The notes beneath the pieces were generated by a model. The model was not told the origin of the DNA, searched no databases, and saw nothing but the letters and a program-made list of their open reading frames with translations. A stretch of 64,000 nt of DNA from Desulfobacterales bacterium (GTDB lineage Bacteria; Desulfobacterota; Desulfobacteria; Desulfobacterales; UBA2174): NCBI GenBank assembly GCA_963668645.2, contig CAXXWC010000021.1, positions 32,001-96,000 of the forward strand. Direction: 5' to 3'. Shown piece by piece: positions 48,320 through 58,590 of the stretch. The position numbers and the translations under genes were made by a program. The stretch's first letter is position 1, and each line of letters begins with the position of its first letter.

Positions 48320-49447
48320 TTACTCATCACCAAAAGTAATGCCCATATCACGGGCGGCGCGGATGACGTCGCTGGTCAGGGGCACGCGCTTCATCTGGCT
48401 GATGGCATCCTCTATGGGCACACTCTTGATGTGCGGTGGATCGAGGGCCACCATCTGGCCGAAGAAACCTTCGTTGGCCAGACGCACCGCTGCCGAGCCA
48501 AAACGCGTGGCCAGCAACCGGTCGAATGTGGTGGGGTGGCCGCCGCGCTGCAAGTGACCCAGCACCAGGCTGCGGGATTCGTGGCCGGTAAGCCGCTCGA
48601 TCTCTTTTGACACGTACTCGCCGATGCCGCCCAGCTTCACCTCCTGACCCACCTTCTTGCCCTTGGTACGCAGCTCTTCGCCGGGCGGCGTGGCCCCCTC
48701 GGCGACCACGATGATGGCGAACTCGCGTCCCGACCGATAGCGCGCCTGGATATGTTTGGCCACGGTCTTGAGGCTAAAGGGGATCTCGGGGATCAGGATG
48801 GCGTCGGCCCCGCCGGCCACACCGCTGTTCAGTGCGATCCAGCCGGCATAGCGGCCCATGACCTCCACCACCATCACCCGCTGGTGGCTTTCGGCGGTGG
48901 AATGCAGCTTGTCGATGGCATCGGTGGCGGTGGAAACGGCCGTGTCGAAACCGAATGTGGTTACCGTACCCGAGATGTCGTTGTCGATGGTCTTGGGCAC
49001 GCCGATCACGGGCATCCCTTTGTCAAAAAAGCGCTTGGCGATGCGCAAGGAGCCGTCCCCGCCGATGACGATCACGGCGTCCAGGCCGAGTTTTTTCAAG
49101 TTGGCGATGGCTTCATCCGAGCGGTCGGTCTCGACCCATTTGCCATCCTTTTTCACCGGAAACGAAAACGGGTTGCCGCGATTGGTGGTGCCCAGGATGG
49201 TGCCGCCGATATTCAAGATTCCCTTGACGTCTTCCGATCCAAGGGGTCGCACGGCGTTTTTGGGGCTGAGCAATCCGGCGAATCCCTCGTAGATACCGTA
49301 GATCTCCCAGCCGGTGTTGGTCGCGGTCTTGAACGCCGCACGGATGACCGCGTTGAGTCCGGGGCAATCCCCGCCGCCGGTGAGAATACCGATGCGCTTG
49401 ATCTTCTTTTTAGGGGACGAAGTCTTTTTCGCAGTGCCGGCGCCCAT
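48320..49447 (-). CDS. pfkA: 6-phosphofructokinase (group III type)
   Basis: GGGDCPGLNAV, GGTILGTTNR, IGGDGS, PKTIDND, EVMGR, LGHLQRGG; RBS AGGAGG before ATG 49447. Confidence 0.93.
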   Translation of the reverse strand: MGAGTAKKTSSPKKKIKRIGILTGGGDCPGLNAVIRAAFKTATNTGWEIYGIYEGFAGLLSPKNAVRPLGSEDVKGILNIGGTILGTTNRGNPFSFPVKKDGKWVETDRSDEAIANLKKLGLDAVIVIGGDGSLRIAKRFFDKGMPVIGVPKTIDNDISGTVTTFGFDTAVSTATDAIDKLHSTAESHQRVMVVEVMGRYAGWIALNSGVAGGADAILIPEIPFSLKTVAKHIQARYRSGREFAIIVVAEGATPPGEELRTKGKKVGQEVKLGGIGEYVSKEIERLTGHESRSLVLGHLQRGGHPTTFDRLLATRFGSAAVRLANEGFFGQMVALDPPHIKSVPIEDAISQMKRVPLTSDVIRAARDMGITFGDE

Positions 49448-49608
49448 GGTGGTGCCTCCTGGTTGTTGAAAAACGGATTGTGCCAGAAGGCTAACAGGAA
49501 AGCCGGAACAAGACAACTCTTCCTTTTGGTACGCACATCGACAACTTTACACGGATCCTGGTATAGTGGAAGATACGTTCCAACCAAACTGGAAAAACAC
49601 ACAGGAGG

Positions 49609-50181
49609 ATGCCGATGGAAAAGATAAGAATCGACAACAACGCGTTCGTTTATCCCATGCCCATGTCCATCGTCGGTTCCATTGTGGACGACAGGGCGAA
49701 CTTCATGGCGGTGGGCTGGATTTCGAGGGTCAACTTCAAACCACCGATGATCGCCGTTGCCTTAGGGCCACATTACACCAACAAGGGCATCGATGCGCAA
49801 AAGACCTTCAGCGTCAACATCCCCGGCATGGCGCTGATCGAAAAGACCGATTACTGCGGCCTGGTTTCCGGGAAAAACACGGATAAATCGCAACTGTTCG
49901 ACGTGTTCTACGGCCAGGAAAAAGGCGCCCCCCTGATCAGGGAATGCCCTGTCTGCATGGCCTGCAAGGTTTGCCACGAAGTCCAGCTGCCGACCAACAA
50001 GGTGTATATTGGTGAGATAATAGAGGTGTTCTCAGAAGATCAATATCTTACGGACGGCAAACCGGATATCCGCAAAATCGCCCCATTCACCCTGACCATG
50101 CCGGACAATAATTACTGGCAAGTGGGCGCACAGGCCGCAAGGGCCTGGCACATCGGCAAGGACTTGAAATCCAAAAGCTGA
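49609..50181 (+). CDS. Flavin reductase family protein (flavoredoxin-like)
   Basis: YPMP..IVG, NFMAVGW, FSVNIP, DYCGLVSG...DK, APLI.ECP; start may be 49615. Confidence 0.88.
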   Translation: MPMEKIRIDNNAFVYPMPMSIVGSIVDDRANFMAVGWISRVNFKPPMIAVALGPHYTNKGIDAQKTFSVNIPGMALIEKTDYCGLVSGKNTDKSQLFDVFYGQEKGAPLIRECPVCMACKVCHEVQLPTNKVYIGEIIEVFSEDQYLTDGKPDIRKIAPFTLTMPDNNYWQVGAQAARAWHIGKDLKSKS

Positions 50182-50233
50182 AATTCGACTTTCAACCCCA
50201 ACATCATACGAGATCCCTTTGAATCGAGGATTG

Positions 50234-50836
50234 ATGAAAGCCGCCTTTGTCGTCTTTGACCGCATGACCTCTTTGGATTTCATCGGATTCTACGATCCGG
50301 TCACACGCCTCAAGTCCATGCATATCATGGAGGATTTCGAGTGGCGGATCTGTGCGAGGGCCCAAAGCGTGGTGGACGACCGCGGCCTTCGTCTCATCGC
50401 CGACACGGTGTCGCAACCCCTCGATGGCTTTGATCTGCTGTTCGTGCCGGGCGGGTTGGGAACCCGTTCGCTTCAAAACGAGCCGGGATTTGTCGAGTGG
50501 CTTAAAACCGGAGCCCCGGTGCAGCTGAAAGTGTCGGTATGCACCGGGGCGCTTCTCCTGGGCGCGGCGGGTTTTCTCCAGGGCCGCCGCGCCACCACGC
50601 ATCCGAGCGCCACGGCCGAGCTGGCTGCCTACTGCGCGGCGGTGGCTTGCCAGAGGGTGGTGGATGACGGCGATGTTGTCACCGCCGGAGGTGTCTCCTC
50701 CGCCATTGACGCGGGGCTGCACATCGTCGAGAGATTCGCGGGTCCGGCGGCCCGTTCACGGATCGCCGCTCAAATGGACTATCCGTACCGCTGGGATGAA
50801 TCCCGCCAAGAAAGACCTCCATCAAGCGATGCTTGA
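50234..50836 (+). CDS. DJ-1/PfpI family protein
   Basis: LDFIG, LFVPGG.G, SVCTGALLLG, ATTH, TAGGVSS.ID. Confidence 0.9.
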   Translation: MKAAFVVFDRMTSLDFIGFYDPVTRLKSMHIMEDFEWRICARAQSVVDDRGLRLIADTVSQPLDGFDLLFVPGGLGTRSLQNEPGFVEWLKTGAPVQLKVSVCTGALLLGAAGFLQGRRATTHPSATAELAAYCAAVACQRVVDDGDVVTAGGVSSAIDAGLHIVERFAGPAARSRIAAQMDYPYRWDESRQERPPSSDA

Positions 50837-50868
50837 AGGCATCTGAAAAACGAGAATCTCCATCCTTC

Positions 50869-51771
50869 TCACGCCGAAGCCAGCAGTTCGCCGATCCGCG
50901 GGTAGGCGTTGATCCCGCTGACCCACTCGGCCGGAATTGCCCCGGGACCCAGGCTGGCACCGAGCAGCATCCCGGCCAGGGTCCCCCGGGCCGCCGAATC
51001 GCCGCCGGCCATGATGTTCTCAATCAGGGCGGTCCTGAGGTCGTCGGGATAGGCGGCGATCAGATGCACCGTGGACGGCAGGGCCTGGTCCACCTCGCAG
51101 GCCTGGCCCAGATCGAGGATCGCCTGGCGGGTTTCGCGCCCCTTGCTCTCCAATCCTGCGGCCACCAGATCGGCGATTTCATCGCCCCCCGCGGTTTCGT
51201 CCAGGGCCGCAGTGAGTGCCGCCACCGGCCCCTGCCCTTCCAGCACCCGCCCCACGGCCCGGGAAAAAAGCTCGGCGCAGGCCAGCACCTGGGGTTGGTT
51301 GTGGGTCGCAACGGTCTGGGCCCTGGCGGCGGCCACCAGGTCTTCCGGGCTCAAGCCGTGAAGAACCAGCAGCGGCGCCATGCGCGCGGCCCCGGCCAGA
51401 TCGGTGGAATGTGAGCCCGCCTCGGGGTATCCTCTGCCGTCAGCCAAGTTTTGCAGGGTCTCCTTGCTGGCCTTGTCCATGTACCCGCCGTAGCCGGCGG
51501 CAAAAACCTGCCAGCGCTGGGCGAAGATCAACGGATCGAACCGTCCGGTCCCGGCGACGGTTTCCAGCAGAAGCAGCATCTGATCGCCGTAGTGGGTAAA
51601 GTCGCCGCGGCGCTTGCCGGCATGGAACTTGGCAAGCTGGGGTGCCAGCAGGTCTTCCACCCGCCCGTACTTGCGGTCGATGACGTGGGTGTTGTAGATC
51701 CAGTGCACGCCCAAGGCCAGGGCGTCAGCAGCAAAGGCGGCCAGGATCGCGGCCTTGCGGTTGTCTTGCAT
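50869..51771 (-). CDS. ADP-ribosylglycohydrolase family protein
   Basis: ADALAL, HYGDQ, T..TH, N..AGGDSAARG...G.LLGA, IPAEW. Confidence 0.85.
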   Translation of the reverse strand: MQDNRKAAILAAFAADALALGVHWIYNTHVIDRKYGRVEDLLAPQLAKFHAGKRRGDFTHYGDQMLLLLETVAGTGRFDPLIFAQRWQVFAAGYGGYMDKASKETLQNLADGRGYPEAGSHSTDLAGAARMAPLLVLHGLSPEDLVAAARAQTVATHNQPQVLACAELFSRAVGRVLEGQGPVAALTAALDETAGGDEIADLVAAGLESKGRETRQAILDLGQACEVDQALPSTVHLIAAYPDDLRTALIENIMAGGDSAARGTLAGMLLGASLGPGAIPAEWVSGINAYPRIGELLASA

Positions 51772-51835
51772 GGTTCACCTCCCGGAGAGTTGGGTCCAGT
51801 TCTGCCCGCTGGATGATCCGCTTGACCTGCCGAGG

Positions 51836-53386
51836 TTATGCGCACCGGGCAGTCGAAACAAGCGCCGTTTGGTTGACCAGGTTAAGACAATGAGAGATGC
51901 AGGGCAACCGCCCGTGTTCTTCGGATGTGGCGTAAACGACCGCCGTACCGGTCCGACTGCCGATAAATTCTATGATTTCAAATATTTTTCTGTGATTGGC
52001 AAAATCCAGCCCCTCGCATGGTTCGTCAAGCAGCAGCAGGTCCGGGGACTTGATAATGGCCCGGGCAATCAGCAGCATCTGCTTTTGACCGTGGGACAAG
52101 TTGCCGAACCTTTTGTCTGCAAGCTGGTCGATGCCCAACGTCTCAAGCAGATTTCCGGCCCGCTGACGCTGCTGCGTGCTGGCGCAGCGGAAGAGCCCCA
52201 CCGAATCGAAAAAGCCGGAATAGACGACTTCCACCCCTTTTATAGCGGGTGGATAGGTCGATTTCAGATCCGATGAAATCCAGCCGATTCTTTTTTTGAT
52301 TTCCCAAACACTTTCGCCGCTGCCCTTTTGTTCTCCGAAAAGATAAATGTTATTGGCATAGGCTTGCAGATTGTCGCCGGTGATCAACTTGAGCAGGCTG
52401 GTCTTGCCGGAACCGGCAGGGCCGGACACCAGCCAATTTTCGCCCTTGCGGATCGTCCAGTTAAAGTTGTGCAATACGGTATGCTGCCCGTAGGCCACCC
52501 GGACATCCACCATTTGCACGAGCTTTGACCCGACCCGGGGGCCGCTGCCGGCATCTGCCGCCAATCGATACGCCGGTTCGATGCACGCCGGCATTTCCCG
52601 ATCCGCAGGATCGTGATCGATGCCATAAATCCGCTTGATTTCGTGAGATTTGAGCACCGTTGCGGCCGGTCCGGCTTTCCGGATGCCCCCGGCGGTGAGG
52701 ATCAGAACATGGTCGATTTCCGGCAGGATGTCTTCCATTTGATGGGTGATCAGGATGACCTGCAAACCGTTTCGTATCAGGCCGCCGATCAAGGCTTTCA
52801 TCTTGTCCTTGGATTGCCGGTCGAATCCATTGAACGGCTCGTCGAGAACCAGCAGCTGCGGATGATTCATCAACGCTTTCAAGATCAACATCGTGCTGAT
52901 TTCACCGCTGGTCAGGGCTCTGACACGCTTGGATAACAGTTCTCGCACCCCGAGCTGGTCCCAAACCTCCAGGCCGGCTGCATCGGACGGTGACCGATCT
53001 ACGGTGCCTGCGAAGCGATCCAGGATAAAATCCGAAACGATCAATGCCTGGCGATCATCGCCGCTAAAATGCCGGAGGTCTTCGGCAAAGGCATCCTTTT
53101 CAAATACCCGGCGGTGCACCTCCGATGAGACGAATCCGATGGTGCGCCGTCCGGGCTTGTCCATTGGATCGTTTGCCGCTGCGTCCGTGAAAACGATCGT
53201 TCCGCCGGATGTAGGCAGTTGTCCGGCAAGCGCCTTGGCCAGGGTGGTTTTGCCCGATCCGTTGGGGCCGATTATCGCCCATTGCTCGCCTTTATTGATC
53301 CGCCAATCGATCCTTTCAAGTACCGTCCGGCCTCTCAGCCGGACGCTGAGATCTTTCACTGTCAAAAAGGGGGGCACTTCCGTCAT
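51836..53386 (-). CDS. ModF-like duplicated ABC ATPase
   Basis: Two Walker A motifs (GPNGSGKT, GPAGSGKT), two LDEP Walker B motifs, GSGESVWEIKKRIG; start ATG 53386. Confidence 0.85.
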   Translation of the reverse strand: MTEVPPFLTVKDLSVRLRGRTVLERIDWRINKGEQWAIIGPNGSGKTTLAKALAGQLPTSGGTIVFTDAAANDPMDKPGRRTIGFVSSEVHRRVFEKDAFAEDLRHFSGDDRQALIVSDFILDRFAGTVDRSPSDAAGLEVWDQLGVRELLSKRVRALTSGEISTMLILKALMNHPQLLVLDEPFNGFDRQSKDKMKALIGGLIRNGLQVILITHQMEDILPEIDHVLILTAGGIRKAGPAATVLKSHEIKRIYGIDHDPADREMPACIEPAYRLAADAGSGPRVGSKLVQMVDVRVAYGQHTVLHNFNWTIRKGENWLVSGPAGSGKTSLLKLITGDNLQAYANNIYLFGEQKGSGESVWEIKKRIGWISSDLKSTYPPAIKGVEVVYSGFFDSVGLFRCASTQQRQRAGNLLETLGIDQLADKRFGNLSHGQKQMLLIARAIIKSPDLLLLDEPCEGLDFANHRKIFEIIEFIGSRTGTAVVYATSEEHGRLPCISHCLNLVNQTALVSTARCA

Positions 53387-53444
53387 AGGGACAGATCCTT
53401 TTCGCCTGTAAATCGAAGTCTGTCCATCCTCGAAAAGGGGTTTC

Positions 53445-53699
53445 TCACCGGTTCGCTTCCGGCCCGGCAACCGGATGACAGATCAGTACCGCAGGCGAAT
53501 CGGACCACTCTATCCAAAATCGACTTGCACAGGAAGGACATATTGAAGGATTTTCGCGACTCGATCCCCTTTCGCCCTGCCGGCGGGAAGCGATCAGCGG
53601 CCCCCCGCAGTCAAAACAGAGAAAGGCGATATGGTGCCCGGATCGATCAAAAGGAGTTTCGATGCCTGAGGCGGTCTGGCATTTTGCATAATCGTTCAT
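53445..53699 (-). CDS. Small putative zinc-ribbon protein
   Basis: 84-aa ORF with CFDC...CPSC filling the intergenic gap, co-oriented with its neighbours. Confidence 0.45.
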   Translation of the reverse strand: MNDYAKCQTASGIETPFDRSGHHIAFLCFDCGGPLIASRRQGERGSSRENPSICPSCASRFWIEWSDSPAVLICHPVAGPEANR

Positions 53700-53886
53700 G
53701 ATGGCTAAAGCTTTCATTTGCTTGGCCGTGGGCCGATCGCAGAAAGTCCGGCGATTTGAGGCAGCGTTCTGCCGCGAACCGATCCTCATTGCCGATGCCG
53801 GCGCTTCGGGTAGAGCACCGGCATCGTCAATGGCGTCTATCGTTGACCGAAAAACATACCGGCCCGGCATAGCGCACTGCCTGGCA

Positions 53887-55200
53887 TCAATTCATAAAAC
53901 CCGGAAGCCACATCACCAGGGCGGGAAAAATAAGCAAAAGCACCGTGCACAGCACATCCACGATGGCAAACGGAATGCACCCCCGGTACATATCACCGAT
54001 GGTGACTTCCGGAGGCGTCACGGTTTTCAGGTAAAAGACCGAATAGGCAAAAGGTGGGGTCATGTTGGAGATTTCCAGGGTCGTGCAAAACAGGATCCCG
54101 AAGTACAGAGGGTCGACGCCGATGGTGTTTAAAATCGGTACAAAAATCGGGGTCAGGATAAAAATCAGGGCGATCCAGTCCATGACCATGCCCAGAAAAA
54201 GGACGATGAGCAGCATCATGAGCACCATCCCGGTGGGTCCCAGGTCAAAGGCCATCATGAAGTTGCGAAGCCCCACGTCCCCCCCCATGCTGATGAACAC
54301 GCCGGTAAAGAGTTTTCCCGCCAGGCAGATAAACAGAATCGCCGCCGTGATTCTCATCGTATAGGTGACGGCCTCGGTAAACACTTTTACCGAAAACCGG
54401 CCGCTGAAAAGGATCAGGACAACCGATCCCAACACCCCCATGGAACCGGCTTCCGATGGCGATACGATACCGAAAAAGATCGAACCCAACACGGCCAGGA
54501 TCAGGAATACCGGAGGAACCAGCGAGCGCAGGGTCATGACGGCCAGTTTTTTGCCCCGGATACGCTCCTTGGCCGAAATCGGCGGCCCGAGATCCGGTCG
54601 CATCCGTGCCCGGCCGTAAATGTAAGCCAAATACATGACCCCGAGCAATATTCCGGGGATAATGGCGGCGACAAACAGTTTGGCGATGGAAACGCCGGTG
54701 GCCGCGCCGTACAAAATCAGCATGATACTCGGCGGTATGGTCACCCCGAGGCCGCCACCCACCATGATGCTGCCGGTGGCCAGGGCCTTGTCATAGCCCC
54801 TGGATAGCATTGACGGCAGGGCCAGCAGACCGATGGTGACGACCCCTGCGCCGACGATGCCGGTGCAGGCGCCGAAAATCGTGGCCATGGCCACCGTGGC
54901 AAGCGCCAGTCCGCCATTAAGGGGGCCCAAAAGGTGGTAAAAGCTTTCGAAGAGCTGATCGGCGATCCCGGATCGTTCCATCAGCGCCCCCATGAAAATG
55001 AAAAGCGGGGCCGCCACGAATTCATAGGTAATGTTGGTCCCCCACCCTTGCATGGCAAACATCGGGAAAATCCGCGGTCCCATTGCGAAATAGCCGATAA
55101 TCAGCGGCACTGAGGCCAGGGAGAACGCAACCGGTATTCCGACAATAATTGCCAGGATGATAAGACCCAGCATGATAAATGCCCAAGTTTCAAGCCCCAT
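53887..55200 (-). CDS. dctM: TRAP transporter large permease (DctM)
   Basis: G.PVAF.L, PLFIFMG..ME.SG.A, IPPSI.L, SPSEA, MTPPFAY. Confidence 0.92.
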   Translation of the reverse strand: MGLETWAFIMLGLIILAIIVGIPVAFSLASVPLIIGYFAMGPRIFPMFAMQGWGTNITYEFVAAPLFIFMGALMERSGIADQLFESFYHLLGPLNGGLALATVAMATIFGACTGIVGAGVVTIGLLALPSMLSRGYDKALATGSIMVGGGLGVTIPPSIMLILYGAATGVSIAKLFVAAIIPGILLGVMYLAYIYGRARMRPDLGPPISAKERIRGKKLAVMTLRSLVPPVFLILAVLGSIFFGIVSPSEAGSMGVLGSVVLILFSGRFSVKVFTEAVTYTMRITAAILFICLAGKLFTGVFISMGGDVGLRNFMMAFDLGPTGMVLMMLLIVLFLGMVMDWIALIFILTPIFVPILNTIGVDPLYFGILFCTTLEISNMTPPFAYSVFYLKTVTPPEVTIGDMYRGCIPFAIVDVLCTVLLLIFPALVMWLPGFMN

Positions 55201-55696
55201 TCGTCGGCCTCCTGATCCTTTGTATCGTACGGACGAGTTCCGGAACACCCTGCATGAGCATCAGAAAAAAGCCCAGGGGAATGAGAAATTTCCACAAATA
55301 AATCGGCTCGCCCCACTGGCTGGTGTTACTGATCTCCGCTGCCCGGTACGACCACACGGTGGCCTTGTAGCCCCACCAGGTCATCACGAAAACGTACGGA
55401 AAGAAAAAAACGATAAGGAAAATGGCATCCAGTATCGCCCTGACCCGCTCTGAACAGCGCATGTAAAGCAAATCCACACGGATATGAGTTCCTTCCCATG
55501 TCACGTAGGCACCGCCCATAAGATACAGAACGGAGTATGTGAACATGGCGGAGTCAAAAGCCCATATGGTCGGGCTGTTAAACACATAGCGGGCAATCAC
55601 CTCGAAGAGAACGACCACGCTGAGGACCAAGGCCGACCAGCGGAAAATTCTGCCGCTCCAAATGCTGATATTGTCGATGATCGCAAGTATCTTCAT
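55190..55696 (-). CDS. dctQ: TRAP transporter small permease (DctQ)
   Basis: EV..RY.FNSPT.WA, GGAY......HIRVD. Confidence 0.9.
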   Translation of the reverse strand: MKILAIIDNISIWSGRIFRWSALVLSVVVLFEVIARYVFNSPTIWAFDSAMFTYSVLYLMGGAYVTWEGTHIRVDLLYMRCSERVRAILDAIFLIVFFFPYVFVMTWWGYKATVWSYRAAEISNTSQWGEPIYLWKFLIPLGFFLMLMQGVPELVRTIQRIRRPTNGA

Positions 55697-55714
55697 TCGC
55701 AATCTCTTTCGTTT

Positions 55715-55766
55715 AAGACTCCCCGCAGCCGCATATGCAGATTTTGGTGAAACTGCGGGGAGTCTT
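55715..55766. other. Intercistronic stem-loop between dctP and dctQ
   Basis: 14-bp perfect inverted repeat AAGACTCCCCGCAG / CTGCGGGGAGTCTT. Confidence 0.6.
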
Positions 55767-55859
55767 CCTGATGATGTCCTGGCGTGTTATGCGAACCGGT
55801 GTAAATCAATCTGCCAATGCAGCAATTTTTCCGGTTTCATCGATTGCACGGCCGATTCT

Positions 55860-56972
55860 TTACGAATCTCCCTTGACCAGCCCCAGATGATCCCCGGTCA
55901 TATCGAAATAGTCGATCCATTTTGCGTACGGGCCATAATCCTTTTTGAATTTCGCCCAGGAGGCCAGGACGCGGGCCAGATCCTTGTCTTCTTTCGCTTT
56001 TTTATAGTAGTAATCAGCGGCAGCTTCATCGACGTAGTGTGCCACCTCTTTGGGAAGCAGGCGAACCTCGTTTTTCTTTTCTTCAACCGCTTTTTTCATG
56101 GCGAGCAGATCCTGCTCGAGGTGCCAGGTCAATGATTGGAAGACAGCGTCCCGGCTTGCCCTCTCAACGGCCTTTTTCAGGTCATCCGGCAGTTCATTCC
56201 ACTTATCCAGGTTCACCGCCCAGAAGTTGAAAGGCGATGTCGATTTAGTGGGATGGTAGTAGAGATATTTGGTGACATCGTTGAATCCCAATGGATAGGT
56301 GATGTGAAGATTGCCGTACTCCATGGCGTCGATCACGCCTCTTTCCATCGCAGGCACGATCTCGCCGCCGGAAAGGACCACCACCGACGCGCCCATGGAT
56401 TGCAGCACCTCGCCACGGGTGCCGGCAGCCCGGATCTTGAGCCCTTTGAGATCTTCGATGGTGTTGATTTCCTTGTTGGAAAACACCCAGACTTCTGAAG
56501 TATACGTATTGCAGGCAACGGGATGACAGTTGTATTTCTTTTCAATGATTTCTTCGAAAAGTTCCTTGCCGCCGCCGTTATAGTACCAGATCACCTCTTC
56601 GATGGGACTCTGGGCGCCGGGTGCGTCACAATACCACTGGGCCGCATACGCCTTGGATTTTGCCAGGCAGGGGCAACCATGCCCGAAATCGAGGATGCCC
56701 TGGCCCGCAGCATCAAACACCTGGCCGGCCGGTACTAGTTCTCCGGCCTGTTTGCATTCGACCTTCAGGCGCCCGTCGGTGTATTTGTCGATCAAATAGG
56801 TCAGATGATCGATGTTTTCAAAAATCTTGAGTGATCGGCCGCAAAACGCCTGGCCGACCCACTTATAGGATTTGTCTTTTGCATTGGCTTCCGCGTCCGC
56901 CCATACGAATCCAACCCCCAGAATGAGAAGGACAACCAGAAATGAGCAAAATAAATCTTTGAACCTGTTCAT
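55860..56972 (-). CDS. dctP: TRAP transporter substrate-binding protein (DctP)
   Basis: Signal peptide, AGELVP, DLKGLKIR, GGEI.PAMERGVIDA.E, W..LPDDLK. Confidence 0.9.
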   Translation of the reverse strand: MNRFKDLFCSFLVVLLILGVGFVWADAEANAKDKSYKWVGQAFCGRSLKIFENIDHLTYLIDKYTDGRLKVECKQAGELVPAGQVFDAAGQGILDFGHGCPCLAKSKAYAAQWYCDAPGAQSPIEEVIWYYNGGGKELFEEIIEKKYNCHPVACNTYTSEVWVFSNKEINTIEDLKGLKIRAAGTRGEVLQSMGASVVVLSGGEIVPAMERGVIDAMEYGNLHITYPLGFNDVTKYLYYHPTKSTSPFNFWAVNLDKWNELPDDLKKAVERASRDAVFQSLTWHLEQDLLAMKKAVEEKKNEVRLLPKEVAHYVDEAAADYYYKKAKEDKDLARVLASWAKFKKDYGPYAKWIDYFDMTGDHLGLVKGDS

Positions 56973-57120
56973 GTCTCTTTCTCCCATCTTGTTGTTTGAG
57001 GTTTTTCTCTTTATCTACACCCCGCGCAATCCAGCAATCCACTGCGGGGAAAATACAGGAAGGCGGGCATCTTTTCCTGACATCAGGAATTCCTTCCACC
57101 AAGCTTCTTTCTGACGGCTG

Positions 57121-58509
57121 TCAGCCTGTCGGAATTTTGAGAAGCCGAACAAGATCTGAAATGCAATCCATCCGGTCCAGGTTTGCGATTGAGGATTGAA
57201 GATCCTCAATTTGCTGGTTGGTTAAAACCGACGAGGCCAGAATGCGGAATTTTTCTTTCAACTCTTCCGGTGTAAACGGATTATTCGCCGTTCCTTTTGA
57301 ATACTTTTTCTGGCGTGTATAGACTTGCCCGGATCTTGTGGTGACCGTCACTTCGGTGGGAATCGCAACCCCTTTTTCTTCATCAAACACTTTCTCGGCC
57401 AACGGATCAACTTCCATCGTCACCCGGTCGGCGATCTGTCTTGCCAACCTGTTGCCGAACATGTTTTCCTCACTCATCCATTCCGGACCGGGTTTTTTCT
57501 TTAAGGCAACCATTGAAAAGGCATGCGGCAGGCTGAATTGTGCATCGTAAAGCCCCTTCATTTCAGGACTTGAGAGAAAATCGACCGCCCGCGCCACCGT
57601 TTTTACCCGAACCGAGGCGATCTGCCCGGCATCGATGCCTTCCGATTCCATGATATCCGCAAAGGCATCCACACTCGTGTGCCCCCAGGTACAGATCGGA
57701 TAGGGCTTGTATTTGGTGTCCAGGATGTTGTACCGGCTTCCCAGGCCGGTGAGCAGTTGATCCGGATCGCAGCGATCCGATCCCATCATGGCCCAGAAGC
57801 CGGCATCTCCATCGAGAATATCGGCCGCACCAGCCATGCCCCTGCGGGCCATGAGGGTCCAGAACACACCGGTGAAGGTCGTCCAGCCGAAGGGATTTTT
57901 TGAAAACCCCATCGGCCTTTCCACGAATTTTTTCATATCGATCGGGATCGGCGCAACCATGCCTGCCAGGCCCAGGGCATGGCGTATCTGCTCTTTTTCA
58001 AGCCTGAGCAGATATGCACCGACCACGACCGCATCGAAGACTTGCCATGTCGAGGGGAAATATGTCCGTGCCTTTTGCGGTGAAGGCCAGCAGTACATCA
58101 TGATCCGCGATCCGACCTCAAAGCCCAGCACGATGGCCCGGATCACATCGATCCCGGACCTGTTCTGCGACTCTCCGATGGCCAGAGCCGTCGGGACCAG
58201 ACAGTTCGCCTGATGCGCGGTGCCGGCAAACACATCGTCCATATCGAGCAAATTCGCCATGCTTGAGTTCGCCCAGCAAGCAAAAGGAAGCGAAACCGAT
58301 GCGCCGTCACCGATCAACGTGGCGCAATCGGCGCTCTCAAATTGCTTTGCCTGGGCGGCGATCTGTTTGCCTGGAACGATGGCGTACCCTCCGAGGGCGC
58401 ATCCGAGCGCATCCAGGATATAGAGCTTGGTGTGCTCTACGACTTGTTGAGGAATTGTATCCGCGTCAAAGCAGGCGATCTGTTCAATAAGACTCGATGT
58501 GTAAGTCAT
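57121..58509 (-). CDS. MmgE/PrpD family protein
   Basis: ILDALGCALGG, N......LD.DD......H, KPYP.C...H, AQFSLP, KG...NP. Confidence 0.9.
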   Translation of the reverse strand: MTYTSSLIEQIACFDADTIPQQVVEHTKLYILDALGCALGGYAIVPGKQIAAQAKQFESADCATLIGDGASVSLPFACWANSSMANLLDMDDVFAGTAHQANCLVPTALAIGESQNRSGIDVIRAIVLGFEVGSRIMMYCWPSPQKARTYFPSTWQVFDAVVVGAYLLRLEKEQIRHALGLAGMVAPIPIDMKKFVERPMGFSKNPFGWTTFTGVFWTLMARRGMAGAADILDGDAGFWAMMGSDRCDPDQLLTGLGSRYNILDTKYKPYPICTWGHTSVDAFADIMESEGIDAGQIASVRVKTVARAVDFLSSPEMKGLYDAQFSLPHAFSMVALKKKPGPEWMSEENMFGNRLARQIADRVTMEVDPLAEKVFDEEKGVAIPTEVTVTTRSGQVYTRQKKYSKGTANNPFTPEELKEKFRILASSVLTNQQIEDLQSSIANLDRMDCISDLVRLLKIPTG

Positions 58510-58590
58510 CGCTCCGTTTCCTAGAAGTCCGGGACTTCGCTTTCTGATTTCGGTTTCTATTGCAAACCGAAGCGCTGAACCCGGTGGTTG

